A DNA stretch of 64,000 nucleotides. It comes from Octopus vulgaris. Taxonomy: Eukaryota. A model generated the notes under the pieces. That model saw only the letters and a list, made by a program, of their open reading frames with translations, was not told where the DNA came from and made no database searches. The position numbers and the translations under genes are program-made. Shown here piece after piece: positions 13,180-25,187 of the stretch. Numbering within the stretch: position 1 is the stretch's first letter; every line of letters begins with the position of its first letter. The stretch covers positions 103,726,001-103,790,000 of the forward strand of contig OX597815.1 of assembly GCA_951406725.2 (NCBI GenBank), in the 5' to 3' direction.

Positions 13180-13521
13180 ACGATTAAATAATTAAATTTA
13201 GAAAAATTAAAAGAAATATTTTTTTTAAAGGAATATTTGTATAGTGTTCAAATATAAGTGGCATTTTCCTTGTTTCTGCCTTGCTCTGTCTCTCTTGTTC
13301 ACACTTGTGGGTTCGAGGTCGTTGTGAATTCTTGGTAGGGAAGAAGAAGGATGATGAGGAGAAGGGGGGAAAATTTTTGGAGTGCCTTGATTGTTGTATT
13401 TTGAATGGTCAGTGGCGTCTAGCAGTTCATGACAGTATTTCTATTGAAAGGTTTGTCTATAGAATTTGCGTAGGTGTTATACTAAAAAGCATTAGCGATA
13501 AAGTTAGGATGTAGAAGGGGG

Positions 13522-13750
13522 AGAAGAAGAAGAAGAAGAAGAAGAAGAAGAAGAAGAAGAAGAAGACGAAGAAGAAGAAGAAGAAGAAGAAGAAGAAGAA
13601 GAAGAAGAAGAAGAAGAAGAAGAAGAAGAGGAGGAGATAGAAGATGATGATGATGATGATGATAATGATGATGATGATGAAGAAGAGAAAGAAGAAGAAG
13701 AAGAAGAAGAAGAAGAAGAAGAAGAAGAAGAAGAAGAAGAAGAAGAAGAA
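13522..13750. repeat. (AAG)n/(ATG)n microsatellite
   Basis: Visible. Confidence 0.95.
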
Positions 13751-14183
13751 AAAGGAGGGAAAATATGAATGAGTGGAAGTAGTGAGGTGTTGTATGACTT
13801 AAAGTTGGCACACTATGGGTTATAGCTGTGATTGGGGCTGATTTGTCGTGGATTCTTAGGAATGTAATATTTGCGTGTGTATTTGTGTTATTCTAAGGCA
13901 GAGGGGTATATATCGTTTGTCGTAAACCCGTTCAGAAGGGGCTTATATTTTGTAATAAAGAGTTTCTTTACTTATTCGTTGGCTCGAGGTTGTATCGTCC
14001 CTGAATTGGTAGAGGGGAAAATCCTGAAGTTTGGTGTTTTGTTGTTGGCGCAAGTAACTATGTGTTGGCTGAATGTTATTTTTCTGTTTTGGGGAATTTT
14101 TATCTGGGATCTGTTCAGGGCCATTCTTTTACGTAAACTATTTTTCGTTTGGCCTATGTACTGCTCTTGACACCCAGAGCAGG

Positions 14184-14248
<65 letters not shown>

Positions 14249-14280
14249 TATGTATACATATAAATGTATATATATATATT

Positions 14281-14456
14281 AAATGGCAATTAATTTTTAC
14301 AGCAAAATCATACGGACCTGGAACCAATCGATGTGACCTATGCTTAGAAGAATTTTACAGGGTTTCACATCCAAAGGTAATGTAATAAATTCTAGACAGG
14401 AGCAAGCATTGAGATGCTTTCACATGGTGAAATTCACATTTGCCAATTATAAATGA
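14281..14456 (+). mobile_element. Penelope-like element endonuclease C-terminus
   Basis: KWQLIFTAKSYGPGTNRCDLCLEE..NSRQE..RCFH..KF matches the PLE C-terminal CxLCxxEK..LNxRxE..CRH motif. Confidence 0.7.
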
Positions 14457-14766
14457 ATAATTATCATTTAAACTATACAAAGTTTTGAAATGATGGACTG
14501 AAAATAATTCGCGTCTGACTTAACGTACAGCTCTACATTATACAACACAGAGTTTATAAAAGAAAATCATTAAACGGTCATATATATATATACAGTTCTA
14601 TATTTAAGAAATGAGGAATTATTTACATTATTTACGTTTGATGTATATTTGTTCTCATCTTGATTGTTGCTAACACAACGCTTCGGCTAATATACTCTTC
14701 TGCCTTCATCAGGTGCCTTAGGGAAATTTCGAACCTGGGTTCTCATTCCGAAGGTATTTTTCGATG

Positions 14767-14836
<70 letters not shown>

Positions 14837-14850
14837 CAGTAGTAGTAGTG

Positions 14851-14897
<47 letters not shown>

Positions 14898-14905
14898 CAG
14901 GTCAC

Positions 14906-14978
14906 GGGCACATGGCGTATTGGTAAAGAGCGCGGGCTACTAACACCAAGATTCTGAGTTCGATTCCATGCAGTGACC
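14906..14978 (+). promoter_or_regulatory. tRNA-derived head with Pol III A and B boxes (resembles tRNA-Arg)
   Basis: A box TGGCGTATTGG, B box GAGTTCGATTCC, with tRNA-like spacing; acceptor and anticodon stems are imperfect, so it is not a tRNA gene. Confidence 0.75.
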
Positions 14979-15064
14979 ATAATTATAATAATAGTAATAA
15001 TACTGATAATAATAAACACAACAGCATCAACAATAACAACAACAATAATAATAACAACAACAAC

Positions 15065-15121
<57 letters not shown>

Positions 15122-15169
15122 GTCAAAAATACCTTAGGAATGAGAGTCGAGGTTCGAAATTTTCCCAAG

Positions 15170-15213
15170 ACACCTGATGAAGGCTAGGGAGTATGTCAGC
15201 CGAAACGTTGTGT
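15170..15213 (+). ncRNA. Minimal type I hammerhead ribozyme
   Basis: acac-CTGATGA-a-ggct...agcc-GAAA-c-GTT-gtgt. The mirror copy at 14673-14716 (minus) has GAAA mutated to GAAG. Confidence 0.8.
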
Positions 15214-15256
15214 TAACAACAAACAAGATGAGGACAAATATCCGTCAAATATAAAT

Positions 15257-15291
<35 letters not shown>

Positions 15292-15310
15292 ATATCGAAC
15301 ATATATATAA

Positions 15311-16182
15311 CAAATTAAAAAGGGTGGCTTATTAGCAATTATAACCTAAAGGCAAAATTAATAAAGTTCACAAAAGTTACACGTGGTGCTGACTACCACC
15401 GCTTTTCCTAAAAATATAACTTAAATAATTCAAAGCCACAAAAGCACTGAACTTATTGACTGTTAAAGAGAGGTGGGTCCCCAGCGCACAAAGCCGGATC
15501 GGGATTTCGTATTTTGATGTAGACCTTCTCAATCCTCATCATCAGGTCTTAACGCCTAGGGTCAAACTCAACTACCTCCATCAGTCTTTTAAGAAAACTG
15601 TTGAAAGCATGTGCTGATTTTCAAAATGGTAAAAGTTTAAACAACAAATTAAAAATGGTGGCTTATTAGCCATTAGGATTAAGATGATCTACATAAAAAT
15701 CCAAAATCGCGATACCGCTGGGGACATGCCTCCATTTGTCAGTCATTAGTTTGGTGCTTTCGTAGCTTTGAGTTACTTTAACTCTTATTATTAGTAAAAT
15801 ATGTTCTAATCAGCACCATCTGTCACTTTTGTGGCCTCTGTCAATTTTGCCTTTAGATTCTAATTGCTAATAAGCCACCCTTTTAAATTTGTTTTTTAAA
15901 CTTTTACCGTTTTGAAAATCAGCACGTTTTCAACGGTTTTTCTTATCAGACTGAGAGAGGTAGTTGAGTCTAATTCTAGGTGTTAAGAGCCGCTGATGAG
16001 GATTAAGGTGGTTTCCATCAAAATCCGAAATCGCGATCCGGCTATGTACGCTCGGAACTTACCTCCCTTTATCAGTCATTAAGTTCAATGCTTCTGTGAC
16101 TTTGAGATATTTAAACTCTTATTCTTAATACAAAAGTGGTACTGGGTAGTGGCATCTGTCACTTTTGTGGCCTTTATTAATT
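15311..16182. mobile_element. Tandem and inverted ~325-335-bp HHR-bearing repeat (non-LTR retrozyme-like)
   Basis: Minus-orientation units at 15311-15673 (period ~334) then plus-orientation units at 15674-16182 (period ~324); one HHR position per unit. Confidence 0.85.
15988..16043 (+). ncRNA. Type I hammerhead ribozyme, fully canonical
   Basis: agccg-CTGATGA-ggatt...aatcc-GAAA-tcgcg-ATC-cggct; stem III palindrome ATCGCGAT; decayed sisters at 15492-15547 (minus) and ~15676-15716 (plus). Confidence 0.9.
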
Positions 16183-16695
16183 ATACATGCATATATATGT
16201 ATAGTTGTGTGTGTGTGTGTGTGCGTGTGTGTGTGTATGAATATATACATGTATGTATGTATGTGTATGCATATAAGTATATTGTGTGTGCTCAAAATAT
16301 ACACTCAAACGAGTACATATAAAATACACATACGCACACACATATTCCTTATTCATGTATGAATACATCTCTATGTGCATTTTGTAACTGAATAATATTT
16401 GAATAAAGAAATGTTAAACTTTGCAAGTTGTATGACACGAGAGGCAACGCGGGCAAAAGCTTCTTGATTTCATCTTCATATATTAAGATATTGGTGCTGT
16501 TATTACAATTTACAAAATATATTCCATAATTGTATTTTAAAGCATAGCAGTCGGGATCTGACGCAGACTACCGGCGCGAAAATTTTCCTGTATGCGCATT
16601 AATTGTGATGTCACCTCCCACACTAAAGATTTTGCTCTTGTGGCTCTGGTTTTGGTAAAAACAAATAAAAATGCATACTCACCTCGTACATAGAT

Positions 16696-16770
<75 letters not shown>

Positions 16771-16791
16771 GTGTGTGTGTGTGTGTGTGTG

Positions 16792-16831
<40 letters not shown>

Positions 16832-17197
16832 AAAACATTAATATTTCTGATATCTCATTACATACGATCCAATAATGAATAACCAATAACACATTAAATA
16901 AATCAAAGATGATTTCATCAGAAGAAACATATCGCGAATATATATATATATATATCATTTTTGTCTGGTTTCAGCCAGAGTCTGTGGTCACGCTGCTGCA
17001 CCATCATTCAGAGTATTGGAATTCTCTGAAAACCCTCCCATTTCCATATCAGAAGTCTCTGTGGCTCTTTGGTAGAATGTTGAATAGTTATAGACTATAT
17101 TCAAAACGGTTACAGTACAAGGTCCTTCTTGATGGTAAAGACGAGATATGTGGTACTATGCAGTGCGGTCCAATTCGGTGGTTTGCTAGTCAAATGT

Positions 17198-17235
<38 letters not shown>

Positions 17236-17239
<4 letters not shown>

Positions 17240-19255
17240 AAAGTTATTTTGTTCAACACGGGGAGAAATATAGGAAAAGTAGAAGTTGAAAATGCACTGA
17301 GAATAGTTAAAATATTTTTTATTATTATATTTAAAGCTTTAACCGGTTTCCTTATTTACACTGATTTTCAAAAAGTTCAAATAGAAAGACGTGGCTTATG
17401 TCGCAGGTATCTTGCTACTGACTAGTGTATCAAGTTTGCCTTATTTTTATTGGTAGTTCGTGGCTCAAATTAGTATATGTTTTGAATAGGATTTGATTGA
17501 TAGAGGACAGTCACATGACTAGTCTTAGAAATAATTGTAGGTTCCCCACTAAGTCTGTGTGTTAGTGTCAAGTGACAATGTTTGGCGCCGTAAGTTAAGG
17601 GTGACATGGTTGACTGAACATGTCCAAACAATCACTGCTCTGAATGTTTTGTCAAATGATTGTAGAAAAAGAAGACATGATTAAGTTTATAACCTTTTGT
17701 ACGTTTCCCACTACGTGTGTTAATGTCACGTGGCGGTATGTTTTGCGTCTAAAAAGAAGGCCGACACGATTGGGTAAACATGTTTAGTTATAATCAAGGC
17801 ACTCCAAATTTAATCTCTCTGGTGGGAGAGTGGAAGGAGCTGTTTAATGTAGTCAAGTGGCTAAAATTTAGATTGTCAGCTGTGAAGCTTCATCATGATA
17901 TGTGGCAGAATGAACTTTGAGTGAGAATAGTTATTTGTGTGTGTACTCTGTTAAACTTTGATAAGCCTTGGTTTGTACTTTTTTATAAAAGTATTTTCTT
18001 TGTTTATCTTTGCTTCATCTGTGGTATTCGCTGAACATAGGTAGACTGGGAAGACCTGGAGTTTGGGGAACTTAGTTTTTTACACAGAAGTCTACGTGTC
18101 CACTCAGTGGAATCTCTCTAGTACTGGGGTCTCGTAGATGTTATCGGTGAACGGTCCGTCGATTTCTTAGAGTAAGCTTTATTACATCCTTGATATTTCA
18201 TAGTGTATACTAAATTCCTTGAAGAACATGTAAAGTGATTTTCTACGGCAAAGATCTGTCCTAATTTGAATTTTTATGTTGCATCTTCAATAAGGTTGAT
18301 GCAGGTCTGCAATTCGGGTGGTCACACTTTTTGTCTGTTGGTGTATGAATTGTGAAAGGTAACATAGCACATGTGAGGAATTTTTGAAGGATTTTGAATG
18401 CCTTTTACCTTTGATTATTTTGTGTTTCGAATGCTTGTTTCATTCTTGGGTCTTGTTTTAGTAATGCGATGTTCTGGTGGATAATATAGTAAACCTCTGT
18501 GCTTCTTGGGTTGTGTGTTGTAATAAAGAGTATTGGATGTATCTGGAGTGCTTTTCGTTTTCTGTAGTTCGTTGGTATTTATTGCTCTGGCACGTTCTAT
18601 TCCATTGTCTATTAGCATTAATGGATATTGTCTTTTAAGTAGTATTTGTTTTAGCTCTTGGTGTCTTTTATTGCGAGTTTCAGGGTCTCAGACAATTGTG
18701 CAAAGTTTTCTTGCTAGATTCAAGGGGATATTTTTCTTTCGTGTGTTTGGGATGGCAGAGGAGAACTGTAAGTACTGATTAGTATTTGCTGTTTTTTTGT
18801 AGTGAATATCTGTTTCAATGTTTTTATCTCTTTTGATGATTAGTATATCCAGGAACGGTAGTTGAGTTTTACTGTACTCCATGGCAAAGTTAATGGTATT
18901 ATTTATGTTGTTGATTAGATTTTTGAAATCTATAAGTTGTTCATAATGTGCGTGCATAGGATTAGGCAATCATCTAAGTAACGTTTCCAGTTTTCTAGTA
19001 GATATTTCTGGATGTTCAAGCCATATATTAATTTAGATTGCTCATATATCTGGACCTTTATGTATGCCATGACTAGATTAGCGTAAGTCGGAGCAACTTT
19101 TGCTACCATCGTAGTCCCAGATATTTGTTGGTAAATATTGCCATCGAAGTAAAAAAAAAAGTTGTTTTCGAGAATACACTTTAACCCTTCAGTGAAGAAA
19201 GTCTTTTCAATTCTGTCTGGAATTTCATGAGAGAATATCTCAAGCCCGAAATTTA

Positions 19256-19260
<5 letters not shown>
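17236..19260 (-). mobile_element. 5'-truncated Penelope-like retroelement (RT + GIY-YIG), decayed
   Basis: Minus strand: YQQISGTTMVAKVAPTYANLVMAY, WKRYLDDC, QLPFLDILI..ETDIHYK..QYLQFSS..KKNIPLNLARKLCTIV, LRNRRTVHR..IPLSGH; decayed U3-A8 HHR at 17336-17376. Confidence 0.9.
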
Positions 19261-19346
<86 letters not shown>

Positions 19347-20194
19347 CACATGTATATGTATATATAGTGAAAATTGAAACAAACAGTGTATGGGCAGTTT
19401 TGGATATTAAAATCTTTTATTTACTTAGCTATAACAGACTTGAGTCTTCTAAATTGAATTTGTGCAAACGAATAAACTGATGTTGTGCGTGTATGTGAGT
19501 GAGTATGCACGTGAATGAGTGTGAGCGGAGTGTATATGCGTGTGTGTGTACGTGCGTGTGTGTTTTTCGTGTGAATGTGTGTGTGTGCGATTTGATTTCA
19601 CTCCAGTTAAGTTGCTCTGAATTATGAATTTTCATGAATGATTTAATCTAACAAAATTTAGTTTCAAATCCCAGACTCACTAATAATTAACGATTTTCAA
19701 TCTTCTAAGAACCAATCAACACACTTTAAAAACGTTCCATTTAATTTTTCAATCAGTCATGAAGCAACTATATAACGGTAACTATATTTATTTTGAAATT
19801 TATTCACTCAAAAATTGTTTTTGTCCTCCTCACTCTAAAAATATTATGTAACTGCATAATATTTAACTATATGCTCCGCGTAACGTCCCCTGCCAAATAA
19901 TCTTAACATTTATGCTATAACTGTTCCTTAATGTCAGTCTTCCTCTTATACTGTACTCTATTTATAAAAACATGCTTCATCTTCATAACAATAAGCTTAT
20001 AATTTCCATCACATATGAAACAGTTCAAAACCCGTCTCTGCCTACTGAAACATATATCTATGTATCTATATATGCGTATGTGTTTTATACACACACACAC
20101 ACACAAGCACACACACGCATACACATGCGGATATGTATATGTGTCAGTGCATGTGTACATGAGTCATACAAAATATCGTTTTCTGGTTTGGCTA

Positions 20195-20345
20195 AATAAA
20201 TTCATATGGTAAATGTATACTCTGACAGGCCGCTTTAACCAAACCAGAGAGCAAGTGAGTAGTCTACGATTTGTAGGTGAAACTAGTCTAGTCCAGTGAT
20301 CCCAGAGTTGCTTATGAGGCGGTTATCTCCCCTGTCAGTGTATAT
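20195..20345 (+). mobile_element. Second copy of the 1975-2130 HHR repeat; retains the 3' half of the hammerhead
   Basis: Shares aataaattcatatggtaaat..ctgac with 1976-2006; contains GAAA-ctagtcta-GTC-cagtgatc. Confidence 0.65.
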
Positions 20346-20739
20346 ATACTGTGCGCGTCATATATCAAGTGTTTCTAACCATTAATTCTTGCAATTCGGC
20401 AACCTTAGTCAGAATTAGTGGCGATATATATATAGATGTGTGTGTGTGTGTGTGTGTGTATGTTCTATATACATATAGAACACAAGTGGGATTCAAAGTT
20501 CACACCAGCTGTTTCGTCAGAAATTTATTAGTACATTCTTAGATTATATCATAGCAAAAACCCGCCTTCATCAGAAAATTTTAGAGAAACAGGTAAGTTA
20601 AATGTTCAAGATGATTAGCTCAACTGTATGCTACTTATCTTGAATGTTGAACTCCGCTTCTGTGTTCTTGTTTACCCCTACGCTACACCTGGAAACATCC
20701 CTAAGCTGACTCTACCGTTCATATTGGATTGGGTACCTA

Positions 20740-21290
20740 TGTATATATGCATCTCTCTATGTGTATATATATTCTGTTGATAGATGATTGAGTGTACCTA
20801 TGCGTACTTGCAGCATACAACCAACAAGTTGCTCGGCATATTTTAAGTTCAGTACCCGGCATATCCTGGCTGTCTTCATATTGAAATACCCATATTGTAT
20901 AGAATCTGGGAACTAACATTCCCATCCCCACCTCCCACAGATGTACACGTTCTAAGTTTAATCTTTTAATCTTAAAAAAAACCTTTTCCTCTCTACGTAG
21001 TAAAAGCATTCCGTATAATGAATTCCCCAACTTCCTCCTTATCAAGCGTTCAAGACTATCTGAGCTTCTCATTTACTCAGCAATATGCCAAACCCTAAAT
21101 TTAATGCTGACATAGCCTGAGAACATTGGTAAGCATTAATTTCAGCACTTCCCTGTTTCAAAACTATTGCGTAAGCTTCCCACATAAGGGGTTGGAGTTT
21201 ATAAATGCTATACTGAATAGTACAATATTTTCCTAATAGATATTGCGTTGGTGGGCAAACGATTCTCTTAAGACATAACGACATAAGAAA
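20740..21290 (-). pseudogene. Possible decayed L1/Tx1-like ORF2 fragment
   Basis: Weak resemblance (KIKRLNL..EVGMGM.P..WVFQ) to the post-RT region. Confidence 0.25.
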
Positions 21291-21700
21291 GTATATTTAA
21301 AGCCAGATAAAAATGTCTTTAAAGAGGTAGCAAAGGATAAAATATATCTGAAGTAAGGCATTCATTATAAATATAGTCACCTTAGATAAAATATATTACG
21401 GAATGAAATAAATAAATCAAAAAACAAGGAAGAATATGGAACTGATTAATAATTATTCTATATTTATTTCCACTAACGAAAAATTGTTTGTTCTAGATAT
21501 ATAGGCTTCGTTAGGCCTGTGTCATGCATCATTATATGTATGAAAGATTTTAATGCATATTCGCAGTTAATCATTTCAATCGCAATTTATATATGTTTCA
21601 CACAAATTAATGATTCTGACACCTTTATTCAAGTGTTAATTTAAGAATATTTTCAGATCTGCGGAACAGGCGAAATATTGGCTTCTATATAAAGACTGTA

Positions 21701-21761
<61 letters not shown>

Positions 21762-21953
21762 GCGCATGCACGCACACACACACACATACACATACACATA
21801 TACACACACATAAATGCAAGTATATATATATATATATGTAATATATATATTATATAATATATATGTATATATATTTATATATATAATACATGTATATACA
21901 TATATATGAATCTATATATCTATATATATGTACGTATATATATAGATTGCCAT

Positions 21954-22016
21954 TAATAGCCGACGAGAATGCATCGTAGCTATTAGCTCCGGCATTTGAA
22001 ACTCCGAGTACTATTA
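21954..22016 (+). ncRNA. Type I hammerhead ribozyme, U4C core
   Basis: taatag-CCGACGA-gaatgc...gcattt-GAAA-ctccga-GTA-ctatta; 6-bp stems I and II; in a ~90-bp island within (TA)n. Confidence 0.85.
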
Positions 22017-22031
22017 TGACAACTTGCAACT

Positions 22032-22102
<71 letters not shown>

Positions 22103-22129
22103 CATACATACATACATATATGTATGCAA

Positions 22130-23090
22130 GGAGTTTTGTGAGAGTGTTCCAAGGAGTCTCACGCTCACCTGCACCCCACACGTAATATTCAAGGCGGTTG
22201 CAGACTGGAGAGTTAGGTGACGAGACGTTAGGGGTGATGTGGTCGCAGAAATTGTTTGAGTGCCATGACTGGCTTCTCTTGCATGTGTAGTGTGGTGCAG
22301 AGTTCTGTTGCCAGACATACGGTCTTCCAGCAGCCACCTCTAGGCACTTGATGTAGGAGCACTACCTCTTCCAGTTACTTGATGAAGCCTCCGTTTTGTA
22401 TCTGAGGCCGTGTGAGAAGATGAATGGAAGCATAACTTTGCCATCATTAGTGGTCACACTAAACACCATGATGTTGACTGGATGTTTGATTTTGGGGACA
22501 CGACAAGCCAACGGTTGTTCTGTGTGTTCACCATCTGATCCTGGCAGAAATGTTTCTCGTCTGAGAAAAAACAAAGTATGTTTCGTTGGAGAGGATGCTT
22601 GAGTTTGTTCAAAAGGTTCGGAGTGCGGTCTGTCCTTTGGTGGCTTGGGATAAAATTGGCCCTTTCTCATTTTGCATGAGGAATACCGAATGTCTTCATT
22701 CACTACCTGCCAGATAAAATGCTCAAACACTTTCATGTCTCTGGCGATGGAGCTGATTGGCTTGGAGGGATCGCTGCCAATCATGCCCTGGATCTAACCA
22801 ACAAAGTCTTGAGTTCTCTGATCAGAAGGATCAGAGTGAATTTTCCGAGCTGCCGTACCTTCGTAATCACAATCAGACTCATCTAACTGTTTCCGAATCT
22901 TCCGCACTGTCCTCAGGTTGACACCCAAACACTTTGAATGTTCGTATTGGCGAATGCGAAACAGTACAGCATGTCGTTTCAAAATTTCTGACAGAGGGAA
23001 TTGCATCATGGTACAGATTTTCTTACAGATAGTGCGTCACTGACCCTTTTATACTGTGTAGTCGACAAAATCAAAAACAAACAATGTGCA
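22130..23090 (-). mobile_element. Tc1/mariner superfamily DD37D (maT-like) transposon, frameshifted
   Basis: FFSDEK..QNNRWL, KHPVNIMVF..DGKVMLPFIF, YVWQQNSAPH..SPNSP.CN.LEYYVWG across ORFs 22794-23009, 22362-22784 and 22014-22337. Confidence 0.85.
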
Positions 23091-23238
23091 TACATGAAAT
23101 ACAAAAAATGGAACAAGAACGCAACAGGCGGCAACAAAACATCCTTTTATACTGTGTAGTCGACAAAATCAAAAACAAACAATGTGCATACATGAAATAC
23201 AATGGAACAAGAACGCAACAGGCGGCAACAAAACATCC
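23045..23238. repeat. Tandem duplication of a ~98-bp unit
   Basis: ccttttatactgtgtagtcgac...caaaacat occurs at 23045 and 23143, differing by a 4-nt indel. Confidence 0.92.
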
Positions 23239-23869
23239 AGACACTTGGATGAAACAAAAAGGGACATGAAAAGACAAGGACGGGTCTTTCAGCGTTTTCT
23301 TTCGTCAGTCGAGTTCCAGATTATCTTTGCAGTTCCGGCTGGTTATAATCGAAACTACTCCAATCTGGCCAGCCCCAAGGAATTCTAAGCTAAGAGCACT
23401 ATATTTCTTGGAAGAAAGCAGTGAATATATACGAAAACAGGGGCGAAAAAGAACGGAAAAATGGTACACAAATACAAATATAAACAACAGGACATTAATC
23501 GACAGGTGTCTTTCGACTAAGGACGAATTAAATTAAGCAGGCGTGTGTGGAAGTGAAGACTTACGGTAGGGACATAAGAGATGACAGGCATGGGAAGGAA
23601 TATAGATGTTGCACAGATGGTAGTCGAACCAAGAAAGGTCTGACCTTTCTTTCTTTGTTCGACTATATATATATACACCCAAATATAGAGAATAGAGTAG
23701 ATAAAGTCCAGGCAACATATATTTCCTAACTAGCAGGACCTTGGAAGTAGTAATTACCCAAATTTGGGATACCCCGCTAGTTACTCATTAGGTCATAGAC
23801 ATTTTGTCAAATGAAGGTTAGACATTTTCGATCAAATCTCCTGTGAGTTAACATGGGAAACCTTGGCCT

Positions 23870-24690
23870 TTATTTGACTATATAAGAGAAAACATACAAA
23901 CCTGACCATGGCATGCGTTGACTATCTCAAAGAATACGATATGATATCACACACCTGGATAATAAGAACGATGGAAATGTATGGAGTAGCAGAGAATATG
24001 AGAAGCCTTAGCAAGAAATGCAAGAGCATTTGACAGCAGGGAAGCAAGTACTAGGAAAGTTGAAAATCAAATGAGGAATTTTCCAAGGGTACAGTGTGTC
24101 TCCACTGATGTGTGTCTTGAGAATGGTCCCCTTGAGTGAAATACTACTGAAAACAAAGTTGTGGTGTAATCTGGGAAGAGGTAAGAGAAACCTAAACAAC
24201 TTACTATTCATGGACGTCCTGAAGCTATTTATAAAAACGGATGCAGAACTGGAGAGCCGAGAATGAAAACTTCATTGTGATCACCTGACCAGACATCGGA
24301 AACCGGACATTGCTGTAATGAATAAAAACGAACTTGCATGATAATTGCCATAGCATGTCCCAGTGCCAACAGGAGAAAAAAAAGAAAAACTAAACAACTA
24401 CGACCGTTTGAAGGGAACGCGATGGTTGTGGTCAATGAGAAGAGGAGACGTGATGTCAATAATAATTGGCGCACTTGGAAGTATCAGTATTGAACTACCT
24501 GCATGGCTCAAAAAGATTGGTACAAATCTAAAGATAGAAAACCTACAAAAATCAGCATTGCTTGTAACTGCAGCAATTCTTCGCAGGGTTCTTAAAGTAT
24601 TGTCACCTTAGTCTGCTGGTTGTAGAAAGCTGATACTTTCCATCACGCCCAGCAAAAATAAGCTGGGAATTCTCATCAAATAGTAATAAT
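23870..24690 (+). mobile_element. R4/Dong-type RLE LINE, internally deleted and decayed
   Basis: NLTMACVDYLKEYDMISHTWI, GIFQGYSVSPL and LLFMDVLKLF (RT) joined to HRKPDI..IACP..GALG..LQKSALL.TA.ILRRVL (RLE). Confidence 0.85.
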
Positions 24691-24699
24691 AACTGATAT

Positions 24700-25128
24700 A
24701 GATTTTGGGAGACGGCTTGCAATTTTAAGGGGATGGGATTAGTGGGCTTCATTGACACAATATTTGACTGGTACTTTATTTTATCGACAACAGAAAGCTA
24801 AGAGCCAAGTTGATACTGGCGCCATTTTATCTGAGAACTTAAAAGAGCCAGAAGAAATGACGCTAAGCATCGTGCTCGACGTGTCCATGATTCGATGCCT
24901 AAATAAAGAGCAACAGTCATAATCATTCAGCGTAATTGACTGACGATTGTGGAGAGGAGGCTAGTCAATTGTATCAGTTCCGTGGTTCAAATGGTGCAAA
25001 TTTCATTAACCCCGTATTTATGAATGGCAAAGTCGTCTTTGGCCGAATTGGAACTCAGAATATAAAGACAGGCAAAATACTGCTAAGCATTTTATCTGGT
25101 GAGCTAACGATTCTACTAGCTCACTGCC

Positions 25129-25187
<59 letters not shown>

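Larger units (their letters stand above)
13100..14185 (-). mobile_element. Penelope-like element 3' portion (GIY-YIG endonuclease, UTR with (CTT)n, terminal HHR)
   Basis: ORF 13972-14289 contains TCSGCQEQYIGQTKNSLRKRM..FSQHI..C; both ends lie in (TA)n. Confidence 0.85.
14593..15262. mobile_element. Fold-back element: tRNA-like head + (AAT)n + hammerhead, with an inverted partial copy
   Basis: ~14630-14770 is the reverse complement of ~15120-15262; central tRNA-like head; (TA)n on both flanks; second copy at 62132-62320. Confidence 0.85.

Noticed and set aside
14906-14978. tRNA gene
   Set aside because: Acceptor and anticodon stems are broken and it is fused to a repeat body in both copies; it is a SINE-type head
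20500-20578. Minus-strand CTGATGA..GAAAcagctg hammerhead
   Set aside because: Core words are present but stems I and II and NUH do not form; at best a decayed copy
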